Source: Octopus vulgaris | Taxonomy: Eukaryota | DNA: 64,000 nucleotides | Assembly (NCBI GenBank): GCA_951406725.2 | Contig: OX597815.1 | Coordinates: forward strand, 198,772,001 to 198,836,000 | Reading direction: 5' to 3' | Shown here: in pieces, positions 42,120-55,582 of the stretch | Position numbering within the stretch: the first letter of the stretch is position 1 | Layout: every line of letters starts with the position of its first letter | Notes under the pieces: model-generated | What the model was told of the DNA's origin: nothing | The model's input: the letters and a program-made list of their open reading frames with translations, nothing else | The model's database searches: none | Position numbers and translations under genes: made by a program

Positions 42120-42725
42120 CGGAGTTCATAAAAGGGTCGCACTAAATTACTTCCAATTCTAACTGCGTTGCCAATTGAATCGATGAGAAACCAGTTAACA
42201 GTAAAATGCTGAATTCAAGTCAAACTATTACAAGCTAAAGTTATCTTGATGAAATGAAAACCTATCTTCAATATCATCATACGCTGCGGCTAAGGTTGTG
42301 CAAGTCCACATTGAGCTTCTGCATCTAAAAAGATTCTTGCGAGTTAAGATGTGGTCGCCGTCTATCAACTAAATCAATATAGAAGGTTAGTCTCTTTGAC
42401 AGAACTACAGTATTTGGTCAAACTAACTAACTAACAATGATTTTTGTCCCTGACATCTGCAATTATTGTCATACGCGCGTGACGCTTTTATAATCGGGAT
42501 TTGGGATTGATATTACATCAGCCCATGAATTTTGAAGAAGACAGAGTGTTTGCAACTTGTATATGTCCTGGAAATACTGCAGCAGAATATTGCCGGTTCA
42601 CGATAGGCGCTAGGGGTCTAGTAGCCTTGTAATTCGTATAATGTACGCAAAGAAACCAAATCGTCCTGCACGTAGTCGTTTGGTGCTCATGCATGCTGAT
42701 TTGTAAATTTATGTTAAACAGAGTA

Positions 42726-42902
42726 GGCGCAGGAGTGGCTGTGTGGTAAGCAGCTTGCTTACCAACCACATGGTCCCGAGTTCAGTCCCACTATATAAAT
42801 TTTGTTCTATTGTAAAAATAATAAATACCGTAAGCCTCGGGCCGACCAAAGCCTTGTGAGTGGATTTGGTAGACGGAAACTGGAAGAAGCCCGTCGTATA
42901 CG

Positions 42903-42942
<40 letters not shown>

Positions 42943-43165
42943 TATGTTTGCGTGTCTGTTTTCCGCCCCTCCCCCCTCAGCATCGCTTGACAACCGATGC
43001 TGGTGTGTTTACGTCCCCGTAACTTAGCGGTTCGGCAAAAGAGACCGATAGAATAAGTACTAGGCTTACAAAGAATAAGCTCTGGGGTCGATTTGCTCGA
43101 CTTTAAAGGCAGTGCTCTAGCATGGCCGCAGTCAGATGACTGAAACAAGGAAGAGTGTAAAAGAG
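42726..43165 (+). mobile_element. SINE S1, full length
   Basis: Similarity to S1. Confidence 0.92.
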
Positions 43166-43783
43166 CCGTGGTTTATAGAACAGATCCAGTTGTAGCAGCA
43201 TATTGCTCGACCGCCATTCTTTTGCGCGGTAGGAACAATCAGTCTTCCTACGTTTGGTGGGTATGGATAAACAGGATATACTGTGGGCAATATTAAACGG
43301 ATTTATAACACATTCCAGGTCAGTCAAGCCATAACCAATTTCAAGGAGTTTCAGACGCTCCCTAGTTGATTTGGGTTTTATGCATCTGTAAGCTTGAGAG
43401 CAGAACTGTGAGAAGACATTGCCCCATGCAGTAAGTGTAAACGTGAGTTGGGGTGCTTCCAGCTAGATGTTATCCTATGAGGACCTGTCGCTTTCTTTTT
43501 TAATATAATATTGTTTTATTTTCTTTCTGTATTCTGTCCTTTTTCCGTATACGATACTTTTTCATATTAGATGATATGTATACGCACATTATTGTGTAAT
43601 ACAACAGCAGTTTACATCCTTTCAACGAGAGATATAATTACATCTTGGAAATCATTCTCAGAAATGTGCAAGTTAAATTAAAGTCTTCAAAGTCCACAAA
43701 CGTTTTGAAAATATTGTGTGGTGTAAACGATAACATCCACAAAACATTGAAGTTGTTGGAAACTGGTAGTCCAATACATAGAG

Positions 43784-44165
43784 AATACCAAACTCATTCC
43801 CTATGGATACCGTATTTATTACAACGAGTGGCTTGTAAACGTATCCACGAGTTGTAATAAATACGGTATCCATAGGGAATGAGTTTGGTATTTTATTTAT
43901 TACACAAGAATAAACGACCATATTTTATTAACCCAATAACTAAATGCTTCACGTTTAGTTGTAACTTATGAATGACAAAAGTAGTGCCGTCATCGTGACC
44001 TCAAGTCATCACCATGGATTGACCAATCAGAAGCAGCGCTGTCACCGTGACCTCGGGTCATCACCATGGATTGACCAATCAGAAGCAGCGCTCGCAGTAT
44101 CTGACATATGTTAGATACCAAAAATATCTCAAAGTGTTCTCACTCACATGTGTGTAATAAAATAT
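43784..44165. repeat. Fold-back element: 42-bp inverted repeat plus 2 x 52-bp tandem
   Basis: 43784-43825 is the reverse complement of 43851-43892; tandem at 43989-44092; TTATTACACA/TGTGTAATAA inverted motifs. Confidence 0.8.
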
Positions 44166-44199
44166 TGTACTGCATCATAAAATTAATAAGAGTAAAATT

Positions 44200-45250
44200 A
44201 TACGGTGTATATTGACTGGCACTAGTATGGAGGCGAAATTTATAGTTGTGATCAGATAGAGTCGAAATTTCCTATAGAAAATAGTGATGTCTTCGGTCTC
44301 GCCTTTTACCTGGTTTGGAAACATAGTAGAAGAGGGAGTGCTCAGTTACTAAATTGTCCTATCAAGACGTTTATGTGGTCATCAATATTATTGAATACAT
44401 CGTAAATAGTTCTTACTCTTCCATCAAAATTTGTGAAAATGATGGCGCCATTCCCCTATTTGTAATGGGGATGAATGTACAATAATAGAAAGTGTTGTAC
44501 GTCACAAACTACAGCTGGTTCGTTTTTCCAATGACCTGCTGACCTCACCATTTAGATTGCATAGATTTACCAGAAGAGTGATTGTAACTGGTTCAAGATA
44601 GCAAAACATGTCCTGCTCACGATGATTTATAGGTGTTATTGAATGTAAAATAAGAGAAGACCGATTAAATAGAGTTTGTAACATGATGGATTTTGTCAGT
44701 ATACTGAAACTTAGAGAGCAAACATGGAAGTTTGCAGAGACAAATTACAGATTAAAGGCTTGCCATTCAGCTTAATAAAATTGAGGTCGTGATTTTGGAT
44801 ACTGTTTGATGTTGATAAAGTTTTCGACGTGGATTTCTGTATATATGTGACCTTATCGCATTGATCTATGTCACTGTAATGTAGAAATGCAGGTATCTTG
44901 AAAAGTAGTTCAAAATACAGATGCGGCTTACCATGCGTGACTCTTCAAAAGTGGATATTTTCCCATGTGGTGTTCTAGTATATCAAAATAGATCAGCTAT
45001 TAAATTCGGACATCAAAGTATTATCCAATAAAGTCGAATTTCAAGGAAACGATAGTTTCCTTTGGCATTACATCAAAAGAAGTTTCGCATATTCGTAATT
45101 GGAGCTCGGCATTATTTTAAATGTCGAAATAAATTTTGAAATTGATTAACTAGACTGAAATAATCTGCAGAAAATTTCACCATCGATTTTGAATTCTGTC
45201 TGTTGTGGAATGAGAAGCGTATACCAGGACGTGTTTTAGTTTGATGGGGT
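44200..45250 (-). mobile_element. Decayed PLE reverse transcriptase remnant
   Basis: Colinear remnants KFISTF, KIH, MAPSFSQILMEE (compare MAPSYANIFM), NIDD (compare YIDD) and LHTS. Confidence 0.5.
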
Positions 45251-45743
45251 TTTTTTTTTGTTTTGTTAAATTATGAACTGCAGTATAGCTTTGATTCAAC
45301 TCCTGTTATTGGTAAGAATAAAGGTAATAAACCGATTCAATTTTCAGTAGTATATCGTTTACGCGACTAACAATAATGATAACAAAAGTGAAATCTGAAA
45401 ACCTTTTTCGTATTTTAATGATATAATTAGAAATTCTTTGACAAAAATGGAATGTTTTCCACCAATTCTAATTTATATTAGTGCTCAGGCCTCCGTTCTT
45501 CGTTTAACTAACAAACCTGACAAAGAAACCTGACAATAATTCATTACTTTCCTCTTAGATGTCTCTCAATTGATTTTTAAACTTTTAGATTCTTACAAGC
45601 ATAATGCATTTCATTGCCATTTTCATAATATTTTTTTTTCTTTGAGAATGTCCAAATTAATACAATTATCGATGACTAATACTGCAGCTCTATTATGATG
45701 TTAAAACGCAGTTCACATTTCTTTTATTTTTGTATTTTTATAG

Positions 45744-45888
45744 ATCATAGACCGTCCACAACTCGTGTAATTTTATCGCATGGTGAATCAGAGTTAGTTA
45801 TTGTTGATTTAATCTCTGAAGAATCCTCATTACATTTTGTAATCTCAAGCATCAATGCCGATAGGAATAAATCTTCGAGTATAGCAAG
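45744..45888 (+). CDS. Candidate FN3-like exon
   Basis: Strong acceptor (tttttgtatttttatag), open frame HRPSTTRVILSHGESELVIVDLISEESSLHFVISSINADRNKSSSIAR, donor AAG|gtatgc. Confidence 0.5.
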
Positions 45889-46434
45889 GTATGCAAACAT
45901 CGCCAAATGTATCGTAATTGCTGTATCAGTTGCCACATCTACAGCTCACAGATAAAATAGAAATTCTGAACCTGCGTCTTTCCAAAAGACTTTGATATCG
46001 TTAGCTATGTTTTTATAAGGTCAGAAACTGCCCAATATGACCAAATAATATTCTCATGCAATCAATTTCTTATACTCTGAAGATGAAATTCGTACAGCAA
46101 CAGCTAAATACGTTTAACGCATTGGCCTTCGATGTGTGGTTTCACTTCCTTTGCAATTAGCTCACCTGCTACATAGTTTTCTTGCGAAACGGATGGTAAG
46201 TTGATTACAACGTCTTTTCAAAATCGATTGCATTGTGCATTAAGATTTTCCAAAAATGCTAACTTGCCTAAAAATAGAGCATCTTTACAGATTTCCGACT
46301 ACTTTACGCTTGGTAAAATAGGGTAGTTCAACATCGTACATTTTAAAGAACAGTAAACGAATATTTACAGATAAGAAACCTAAAAACAGATATCAGTACA
46401 ATTTTTTGTCGAACTATGATTGGTTCCTTACTTA

Positions 46435-47307
46435 TACTGGGTCATCCCATAAATAACGCAGTTTTTTCAATTGCATGAACTAAAAGTCGGAAGGGGCGGG
46501 ATAAACTGCCTGCCTCAACTTGCTATAAAAGCAGGTAGTAATTTTACCTTTTCCTGATTAATAGAGCAAGTTTTGAAGAGTGTAGTTCGATTTTAACAGT
46601 TATTTTTTCAAAGCTATAATGCAAGAGGCAAAGGAGCATATTCGCCACATTTTGCTTTATGAGTTCAATAAAGGCAACAACGCAACGAAAAGTGCGAGGA
46701 ATATTAATGCAGTATATGGCGATCGGCCAATAAGCGTAAATCAGTGTCAGTGGTGGTTCCAGAAATTCCGAGCCGGAAATTACGACCTAGAAGACGAGCT
46801 TCGTCCTGGAAGATCTGTAGATCTTCAAACCTTGATGGAACAAAATCTCATCGTAACTGTTGAGGAACTAGCATGGTAACTGTTGAGGAACCATTCATCG
46901 ACATCTGCGTGCTATCGGAAATCGACCATCTTTGATTTCAAGACGAAAGGTGTCCTTCCATCAGGATAATATTCAGCCACATCCAGCGAGGATGACATTC
47001 CAAAGGCTGGAGCATACCCACCATATTCGCCGGACATTAATCCATCAGATTATCACTTATTCCGCGTTTTCAGAATCATTTGGACGAAAAATATGTTGAA
47101 TTCTATAAACGAGGTCAGAACAGTAATGGAGGAGTATTTTTCGCCACGGAGAAGTGAATTTTGGAAACGGAGCGATGCAATTCTCCCAGATAGATGGAAG
47201 AGTATTGTAGAAAATGAAAGAGAGTATATTTTATATTAAAAAATAACTTTATCTTAATTTTGAAAAACGAAGTATAAAAAACCGCATTATTTATGGGATA
47301 ACTCAAT
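46435..47307 (+). mobile_element. Internally deleted mariner transposon
   Basis: TIRs TGGGTCATCCCATAAATAA / TTATTTATGGGATAACTCA; ORF 46619-46879 EHIRHILLYEF...WFQKFRAG...LEDELRPGRS; HQDN and HPPYSPD..PSDYHLF remnants. Confidence 0.93.
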
Positions 47308-48094
47308 CTTTTTCTCTACTCAATACTAGTTATAGAAGATTTTTTCTTTACATTATCATTTTAAATCTTTAATAACAATAAACACGTCAGACCTGCTATT
47401 ATTTGACGATGCACTTTTATAGTCATAAAATCAGAAAAAAATAAAACATATTAGATTATAACTTTTGGAATGATATTTTCATAAGAATGCTCGTTTGGGA
47501 CTGATCTGGATTTATAACGGTAGTTATAAAAACTATGAAATTTCGGTTTCATTGAGTTTAATTTTGTCCATTTTTATTCAGTCAAGGTTTTAATACTGCC
47601 GATGGTAATTTTGCATTTCATGCTAATATTATCGATAAATGAGACTTAAATCAGCTCAATCGATTCGACAGAAAATAGGCTTTGTCGATATATTTTTCTT
47701 CTACCTTTATTCTTTTACGTTATAATCATTGGTTCACAAACATGCTGGAGCAACTTTAATCTGTTAAATTAATCGGACGTAAGCAAAGGAACACTAAATG
47801 TAAAGCAATGGATGAACAAGTGCAAAGATACCCACATATACATACCTGTGTATTTTGTTTTTGTGTGTGTGTGTGTGTTGTGTGTGTGTGCGTATGTGTG
47901 TGTGTGTGTGTGTGTGTGCACAATGGCCAGTCTCCATCAATATTCATTCATAAGGCATTGGTTGACTTAGTGCTGTAGAAGAAAAAAACTTGCTCAAGGT
48001 GCTGCACACTGGAGTTGAACCTGAAAGCACATAGTTACAAAGCGAGCAGTCGTATATATTTATGAATTCACATTCATATGAATTTTGAGAGAGA

Positions 48095-48960
48095 GAAACC
48101 TGCCCACTTGACCAAGCGTGCATGATAAACTCCGTTGCATATGAGGCAGAAGTCACAGCATCGCTTCAAAATAACCTAACCAAAGAGGAAAATTACATCG
48201 ATTTAAGCGAAAACGATTTCAAAAGACATTATGCAAACCATCAATTTTCTGTTCGGCATATTAACAAAAGTAAAACCTCTAAGTTGGTTAACCACGTTTG
48301 GCTAGTTCAAATACAGCCTATATCAACTTTGCATTCATATGGTAGATGAAATAAGCATTATTCATTCACTCATTCAAGCACATCGACAAAAGTAAACCCA
48401 CTAAGTTGGCTATTTACGTATGGAGTTTTCAAGTTCAACTACACACTGTATAAAATGAAGTGGAGAATCGCAGAGAAATCCCATGACATATGTAAATGGA
48501 TCTAAGAAATGCAACTTATGCATAGCTGAAAAACTGCATATTCCTTTTAGACCTAAGAATACCATCGCACTACATAATTCAAGATCCGAAATTTTCAGCA
48601 AATGGAAGAATATGGATAAATTTATTTTGGCGACTGGAGGATACGACTCTTTCCGGATTAAGCAACTGTCCCTCAGACTTTGGACCCCTCTCCATTGAAT
48701 TATTTCACACTAAGTTTATTATTGCTTTTACGTCAAAGGGGATGTAACTCTAATTTTCCTTCTTTTTCTTTCTTTTTTGCTTTTATTTAGCTTTCAACTT
48801 TTGCATTAATCTTGCCGCATTTTCTCGTAATTTCCCATGCGACAGTGTTCTAATTTTCAGATTCAACAGGCATTGAACATAGAAGAGGCTTTGTGCTTAG
48901 AGCTTTGGAGACACAGGGCTTATTGTAACATCTGCCCAAACACGTGTTTCCACATCAAGA
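48095..48960 (+). mobile_element. Decayed PLE GIY-YIG endonuclease and 3' UTR
   Basis: CPLDQAC.INSVAY...YIDLSENDFKRHYANH...KLVNHVW and YVNGSKKCNLCIAEK...NSRSEIFSK. Confidence 0.85.
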
Positions 48961-49121
48961 AATTATTAGTAGTTCCTATCCTTATTTTTTTTTATTATAC
49001 TGTGTACATTAAATGATATTTATCTCTCGCTAGATGGGCTACGTTTTTAGTACATCTTAACTTAATGGAACAGTGAACCAATAGTGTGAGGTGGAGATAT
49101 ATGCGCGTGCGTGTGTATATG

Positions 49122-49164
<43 letters not shown>

Positions 49165-49204
49165 GTGTGTGTGTAATAATAACAACAACAACAACAACAA
49201 CAAC

Positions 49205-49239
<35 letters not shown>

Positions 49240-49583
49240 GGATTTCAAATTTTAACACGTGACACCAGTGTTTGAGCGCACAGATAAGTCGGTAACATCG
49301 ATCCAATACTTTGCTGTTATTTAATTTATCCACCCCGAAAAGATGAATGGTAAAGTCGATCACGGTGGAATATCAAGTCAGGACATGGAGAGGGACGAAA
49401 TGGTACCTTGTGAAAACGATTCCACTAGCTCATCACCTTAATAAATTGAAATATTAGAAACTGTTGAAATATGCATATATATTCTACGCATTTCTTTTCT
49501 ATTATTAAAGTGCAGAAAAGAGATTCTGAGTTTTCTGATGGACAGATACTCAATTCACACACACATACGTACATACACATATG

Positions 49584-49646
<63 letters not shown>

Positions 49647-49683
49647 GCATACATACATACATATATATATATGTCTGTGTGTG

Positions 49684-49719
<36 letters not shown>

Positions 49720-50246
49720 TGTATATATATGTGTGTGTTTGTGTGTGTGTATATATATAATCTATATTGTGTCTGCATGTGCGCATGTGATTGTGTCTGT
49801 GCGTGTATAAATATCTTCGTATATATTATATGGTACTACAAGAATATTTATAGTAAGTACATATATGCCTTGTGAAAAGTTGAGAAAGAATTGTTTTTAT
49901 TTTTAGTAGCACTCCCCCCCCCAAAAAAAAAAAAAAAAAAAATTAAAAGAAATAAAAAATAAAAATTGATCCGCCCATATTCAGCATTATTATTTTTTTT
50001 ATCGTTATCGATTCATCAGATATCGGTTATTCCTTTTCCTGATCACAGTTAGATAAACATCTGGTGGAAATCGCATTATCTACTTTACACAGCGTGAGTA
50101 ATATTCAGAGTTTACTAAAGACACACCTTCTTTATATGTTTATATATAAAATACCTTCTTTATATCTCGATCTTTCCTCTTCTTTCTGCTTTTCTAGCAC
50201 TTTCTCCTCATATGTATATATATATACATATACATACATACATACA

Positions 50247-50321
<75 letters not shown>

Positions 50322-50447
50322 GTATATATAAATATATATATGTATATACATATATATATATATATTATATATGCATATATATATATTATATATGTACATA
50401 TATGCATACATATATATAGTATATATATATATATATATAATATATAC

Positions 50448-50584
<137 letters not shown>

Positions 50585-50632
50585 GAGAATATATCAATCT
50601 ACCACCACGTGAATATACCTATCTATCTATTT

Positions 50633-50672
<40 letters not shown>

Positions 50673-51224
50673 TACATACATAAATAGATAGATAGGTAGA
50701 TTGATACATACACATATATATGTGCATATATACATGTGTATTATGTATGTATGTGTTATTAAAATACTTTCTCTCAAGAAAGAACTGGCTTCTAACATTG
50801 ACACAACCCTGCAACGTTTCAACGTAGGGAATAAAGACAACATCACATTTTAAACTTGAGGAAAATCTTGCATGTTTTTACAGTTCCTATTACAGATTGC
50901 ATATGTAATGTACCAGTTGGCGGATTCCCATGTCTGAAAACCATAGCCTATCCACATTGACACTTAGTTATTGAATCTCAAATGTGTGTGCACCAAATAT
51001 TGCTGGAATAAATGTGAATTTATAGTCTGAAATATAGAAGCTGGTGGTTACGAAATGATGCTCTCTCCAAAATGATTCTCTTTTTCTACCATTTTCAAAA
51101 TAATATTCATATCAGCAGACAGCTGACCTCCATGACGGTACATACTTTTCCGTGTTTGTCCGTGCTTGTTTACATTTGATAAATGTGTCTATGTTTCTGT
51201 TGATGTTTGTTTATGTATTCGATA

Positions 51225-51705
51225 AACGGTGTGTTCTCTTTACTCTTCTACTTGTTTCAGTCATTTGACTGCGGCCATGCTGGAGCACCGCCTTTAGTCG
51301 AGCAAATCGACCCCGGGACTTATTCTTTTGTAAGCCCAGTACTTATTCTATCGGTCTATTTTGCCGAACCGCTATGTGACGGGGACTTAAACACGGTGTA
51401 TTCTCTTTTCTCGTTTACTTGTTTCAGTCATTTGACTGCGGCCATGCAGGAGCACCGCCTTTAGTCGAGCAAATCGACCCCGGGACTTATTCTTTTGTAA
51501 GCCCAGTACTTATTCTATCGGTCTATTTTGCCGAACCGCTATGTGACGGGGACTTAAACACGGTGTATTCTCTTTTCTCGTTTACTTGTTTCAGTCATTT
51601 GACTGCGGCCATGCTGGAGCACCGCCTTTAGTCGAGCAAATCGACCCCGGGACTTATTCTTTGTAAGCCCAGTACTTATTCTATCGGTCTCTATGGCCGA
51701 ACCGC
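51225..51705 (-). repeat. ~2.9 tandem copies of a 167-bp SINE S1 3' segment
   Basis: cttgtttcag at 51251, 51418 and 51585; units are near-identical. Confidence 0.95.
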
Positions 51706-51754
<49 letters not shown>

Positions 51755-51865
51755 TATTATATAATATGTATAAATGAATAAGAAACGATGGATAGGTAAC
51801 AATTCACTACAGTTGTTCCCAACGATTATTTTCATGGGTACATTATATCATTGTAAATCCTATTG

Positions 51866-52042
51866 AGGAGTGGCTGTGTGGTAAGAAGCTTGCTACCAAC
51901 CACATGGTCCCGGGTTCAGTCCCACTGCGTGGCATCTTGGTCAGGTGTGTCTTCGGGTCGACCAAAGCCTTGTGAGTGGATTTGGTAGACGGAAACTGAA
52001 AGAAGCCTTTCGTATATATATATATATATGTGTGTGTGTGTT

Positions 52043-52049
<7 letters not shown>
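51866..52049 (+). mobile_element. SINE S1 5' half
   Basis: Similarity to S1. Confidence 0.88.
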
Positions 52050-52112
<63 letters not shown>

Positions 52113-52113
<1 letters not shown>

Positions 52114-52179
52114 AGAACAATCTTACTTAGAAAGGGATGCATGCGTTCCGTCATATAATATATTAATAAATAAAACATA

Positions 52180-52222
<43 letters not shown>

Positions 52223-52646
52223 GTACCTACCTCTACATGTATATATACACGCATATATGAGTACAGGACACCAAAAAAACGTCGAACACAATGAGAAACG
52301 AAAACATAGACACAAACCCAAGGAACTGGACATTTTTCTAAAATAATAAAAAATAGAGTACAGGACAAATAACACCTTCGCCTTCACCTTCGAAACGTAG
52401 AGTAGATGAAACCATGGCGACTGAAGAAGAGGTTTTTTTCCTTGTGTTATTTGTCCTGTACTCTATTTTTTTGTTGTTTAAGAAAAATGTCCAGTTCCTT
52501 GGTTTTGTGTCTATGTTTTCGTTTCTCATTGTGTTCGACGTTTTTTTTGGTGTCCTGTACTCATATATGTGTGTATATATACATGTAGAGGTAGGTACGT
52601 ACATATATGTATATATATATATATGCATGTTTTATTTATTAATATA
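52113..52646. mobile_element. Family D divergent inverted pair
   Basis: ~52157-52374 is the reverse complement of ~52445-52646; CTTC-GAAAC-GT-A lies in the middle; (TA)n on both sides. Confidence 0.85.
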
Positions 52647-52650
52647 TATA

Positions 52651-52811
52651 TATAAACGAGAAAGAAGCAACAAGAATGGATTAGTTTTTAGTACAATTGT
52701 TTCATACAAAGACAAGCTTTATTAAAAGTTGCAACTTTTAATAAAGCCTGACTTTGTATGAAACAATTGTACTAAAAACTAACCATTCTTGTTGCTTCTT
52801 TCTCGTTTATA
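52651..52811. repeat. Spacer-less ~160-bp palindrome
   Basis: Centre ttg|caa at 52731/52732; each arm carries GAAAC-AATT-GT-A. Confidence 0.92.
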
Positions 52812-52920
52812 ATCACCCCACATTACTGTATGGTTAACACCATATAGTTTTCTGGTGCATCTAAGTTAAGTACCGCATTCAAGTAAATTCATTGGAATTG
52901 ACTTGAATCTTAATTGCTTT

Positions 52921-52956
<36 letters not shown>

Positions 52957-52958
<2 letters not shown>

Positions 52959-53260
52959 CGGGAAGCTTTATGAAAATAGACAAAAGACGAAGGCAGGTGG
53001 AAAACAAACAAACAATTGTATTAGTATGGCGCTCAGGAAATATAAATAAAACAAGTCTTTAACGTTTCGAGCCTACGCTCTTCAACAGAAAGATACACAG
53101 AGAAAAAAACACAGAAAGAAGGAGAGAAAAAAATGCGTGCAGTAACTAACGAATCAACATGGCGATCTGATTTCGGCCAGAAGTCAAAGATCAAACATGA
53201 GACGCGAGAGCGAAATTAGGGGAGATAATAGGGTTGAATGACCTACTCCAACATAAGGGT
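52957..53260 (-). mobile_element. HHR family C element (motif 53056-53093)
   Basis: TCTTT-CTGTTGA-A-GAGC(gtag)GCTC-GAAAC-GT-T-AAAGA, with perfect stems I and II. Confidence 0.8.
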
Positions 53261-53392
53261 GTGTGTGTGTGTGTGTGTGTGTATGAGAGAGTATTAGTGC
53301 GTATGAGAGGTCTGGACGTGTGTATGTATAGGGTTGGTGTATGTATTAGTATGTATTAGTATGTATTAGTTGGTGTATGTATTAGTATGGCA

Positions 53393-53424
<32 letters not shown>

Positions 53425-53428
<4 letters not shown>

Positions 53429-53746
53429 TTATATAAATAAGGATGAGGTCGTTAATTTAAAATAAAATAACGATTTTATCAAGAGGCCAGCGTGGAAAAA
53501 AAAGCCTTGAAAGGTAGTAATTATCAAAATTATAAATTAGGGTATCTACGAGATACCACTATGCTGAAATTTCTGAAATTCAGAAATCCGGGATCTAGAA
53601 TTATCCAGTAATTTTTTACTAGTTTCATCTTGTCTCTTCGTTTTCTCTCCGTGTCGGTATATGGAAAATTAAGGTGGCTTTAGAGCCTGATCATGGCTGC
53701 TATTTTCAGCATGGTGGTATCTCGTAGATACCCTAATTTATAATTT
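53425..53746. mobile_element. Family G element with ~42-bp inverted copy
   Basis: ~53529-53570 is the reverse complement of ~53704-53745; minus-strand GAAAC-TA-GT-A; flanked by (TA)n. Confidence 0.6.
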
Positions 53747-53755
53747 ATATATATA

Positions 53756-54135
53756 GGAGTGGCTGTGTGGTAAGTAGCTTGCTTACCAGCCACATGGTTC
53801 CGAGTTCAGTCCCACTGCGTGGCACCTTGGACAAGTGTCTTCTACTATAGCCTCGGGCCGACCAAAGCCTTGTGAGTGGATTTGGTAGACGGAAACTGAA
53901 AGAAGCCCGTCGTATATATGTATATATATGCGTGTGTGTGTTTGTCCCCCTAGCATTGCTTGACAACCGATGCTGGTTTGTTCATGTCCCCGTTAGCTAG
54001 CGGTTCGGCAAAAGAGGCGGATAGAATAAGTACTGGGCTTACAAAAGAATAAGTCCCGGGGTCGAGTTGCTCGATTAAAGGCGGTGCTCCAGCATGGCCG
54101 CAGTCAAATGACTGAAACAAGTAAAAGAGTAAAAG
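53756..54135 (+). mobile_element. SINE S1, near full length
   Basis: Similarity to S1. Confidence 0.92.
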
Positions 54136-54449
54136 ATATATATGTACACACACACACATACTCACACATACATTATATATATATATATTTATAGAGATCC
54201 ACAAGCACTCACACACATATACAAACATTGATAGGCGCTAGGTAGAGCAATAGCTGAAACGGTCAAGTCTCCTTGACAGACTATATAATTAGCGATGTCC
54301 GGTATATATAGGTGCTAGGGGGTAGTCGGTTGGGAATGACAGTTAAGTTCATTTGTTTTTAGATCAGGTTCACATTCCATTCCCCCTAGATCAGCTTGAC
54401 CAGCATGACACCTGACACCCTCTCGTTGATAGATTTGCTACTAGCAACA

Positions 54450-54743
54450 ATAGTGGTGGAGGTGTTGGTAGTGGTGTTGGTAGTGGAGGTGTTGGCGGCG
54501 GCGACGGTGTTGGTGGTGGTGGTAGTGGTGGTGGTGGTGGTGGTAGTGGTAGCGACTTTTAGTTTGTGTCGGTAGTGGTGTTTTTTTTGGCGGTAGAGTT
54601 GGTGCTCTTGGTGGTATTGGCGGTGGAAGTGGTGGAGAAGATAGCGTTTTCGGTGGTGGTACTGGGAGGAGACAGGGCTGGTGGTGGTGGTGATGGTGGA
54701 TGAGATAGCGTTGTTCGTGGTGGTGCTGTTCGTGTGGTGGTAA

Positions 54744-54775
<32 letters not shown>

Positions 54776-55003
54776 TTTGTTGTTGTTGTTGTTGTTGTAG
54801 TGGTTGTAGTACTAGTAGTAGTAGTAGTAGTAGTCGTGGTGGTAGTGGTGGTCGTGGTAGTGGTGGACGTAGTCGTGGTAGTAGTGTTGATGGTGGTCGT
54901 GGTAGGAGTAATAATAAGCGTATTCGTAGTGGATGGTGGTGATGGTAGTAGTAGTAGTAGTAGTAGTGGTGGCTGTACTGGTGGTGACGGTGTCGGTGGT
55001 AAC

Positions 55004-55054
<51 letters not shown>

Positions 55055-55072
55055 GACGGTGGCGGTGGTAAC

Positions 55073-55107
<35 letters not shown>

Positions 55108-55138
55108 CTTTGCGGGTGGTGACGGTGGCGGTGGTAAC

Positions 55139-55188
<50 letters not shown>

Positions 55189-55249
55189 AGGTGGTGGTGG
55201 TGGTGGTGGTGGTGGTGGCTTTGCTGGTGGTGACGGTGGCGGTGGTAAC

Positions 55250-55295
<46 letters not shown>

Positions 55296-55481
55296 CTAGT
55301 AGTAGTAGTAGTAGTCGTGGTGGTAGTGGTGGTCGTGGTAGTGGTGGACGTAGTCGTGGTAGTAGTGTTGATGGTGGTCGTGGTAGGAGTAATAATAAGC
55401 GTATTCGTAGTGGATGGTGGTGATGGTAGTAGTAGTAGTAGTAGTGGTGGCTGTACTGGTGGTGACGGTGTCGGTGGTAAC

Positions 55482-55529
<48 letters not shown>

Positions 55530-55547
55530 GACGGTGGCGGTGGTAAC

Positions 55548-55582
<35 letters not shown>

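Noticed and set aside
51225-51705. CRISPR-like periodicity
   Set aside because: Whole 167-bp units are identical with no unique spacers; eukaryotic SINE-derived.
54734-55423. Gly/Ser-rich 229-aa ORF resembling a structural protein
   Set aside because: Pure GTA/GGT repeat with no ATG start, signal peptide or splice support; the duplicate copy is in another frame.
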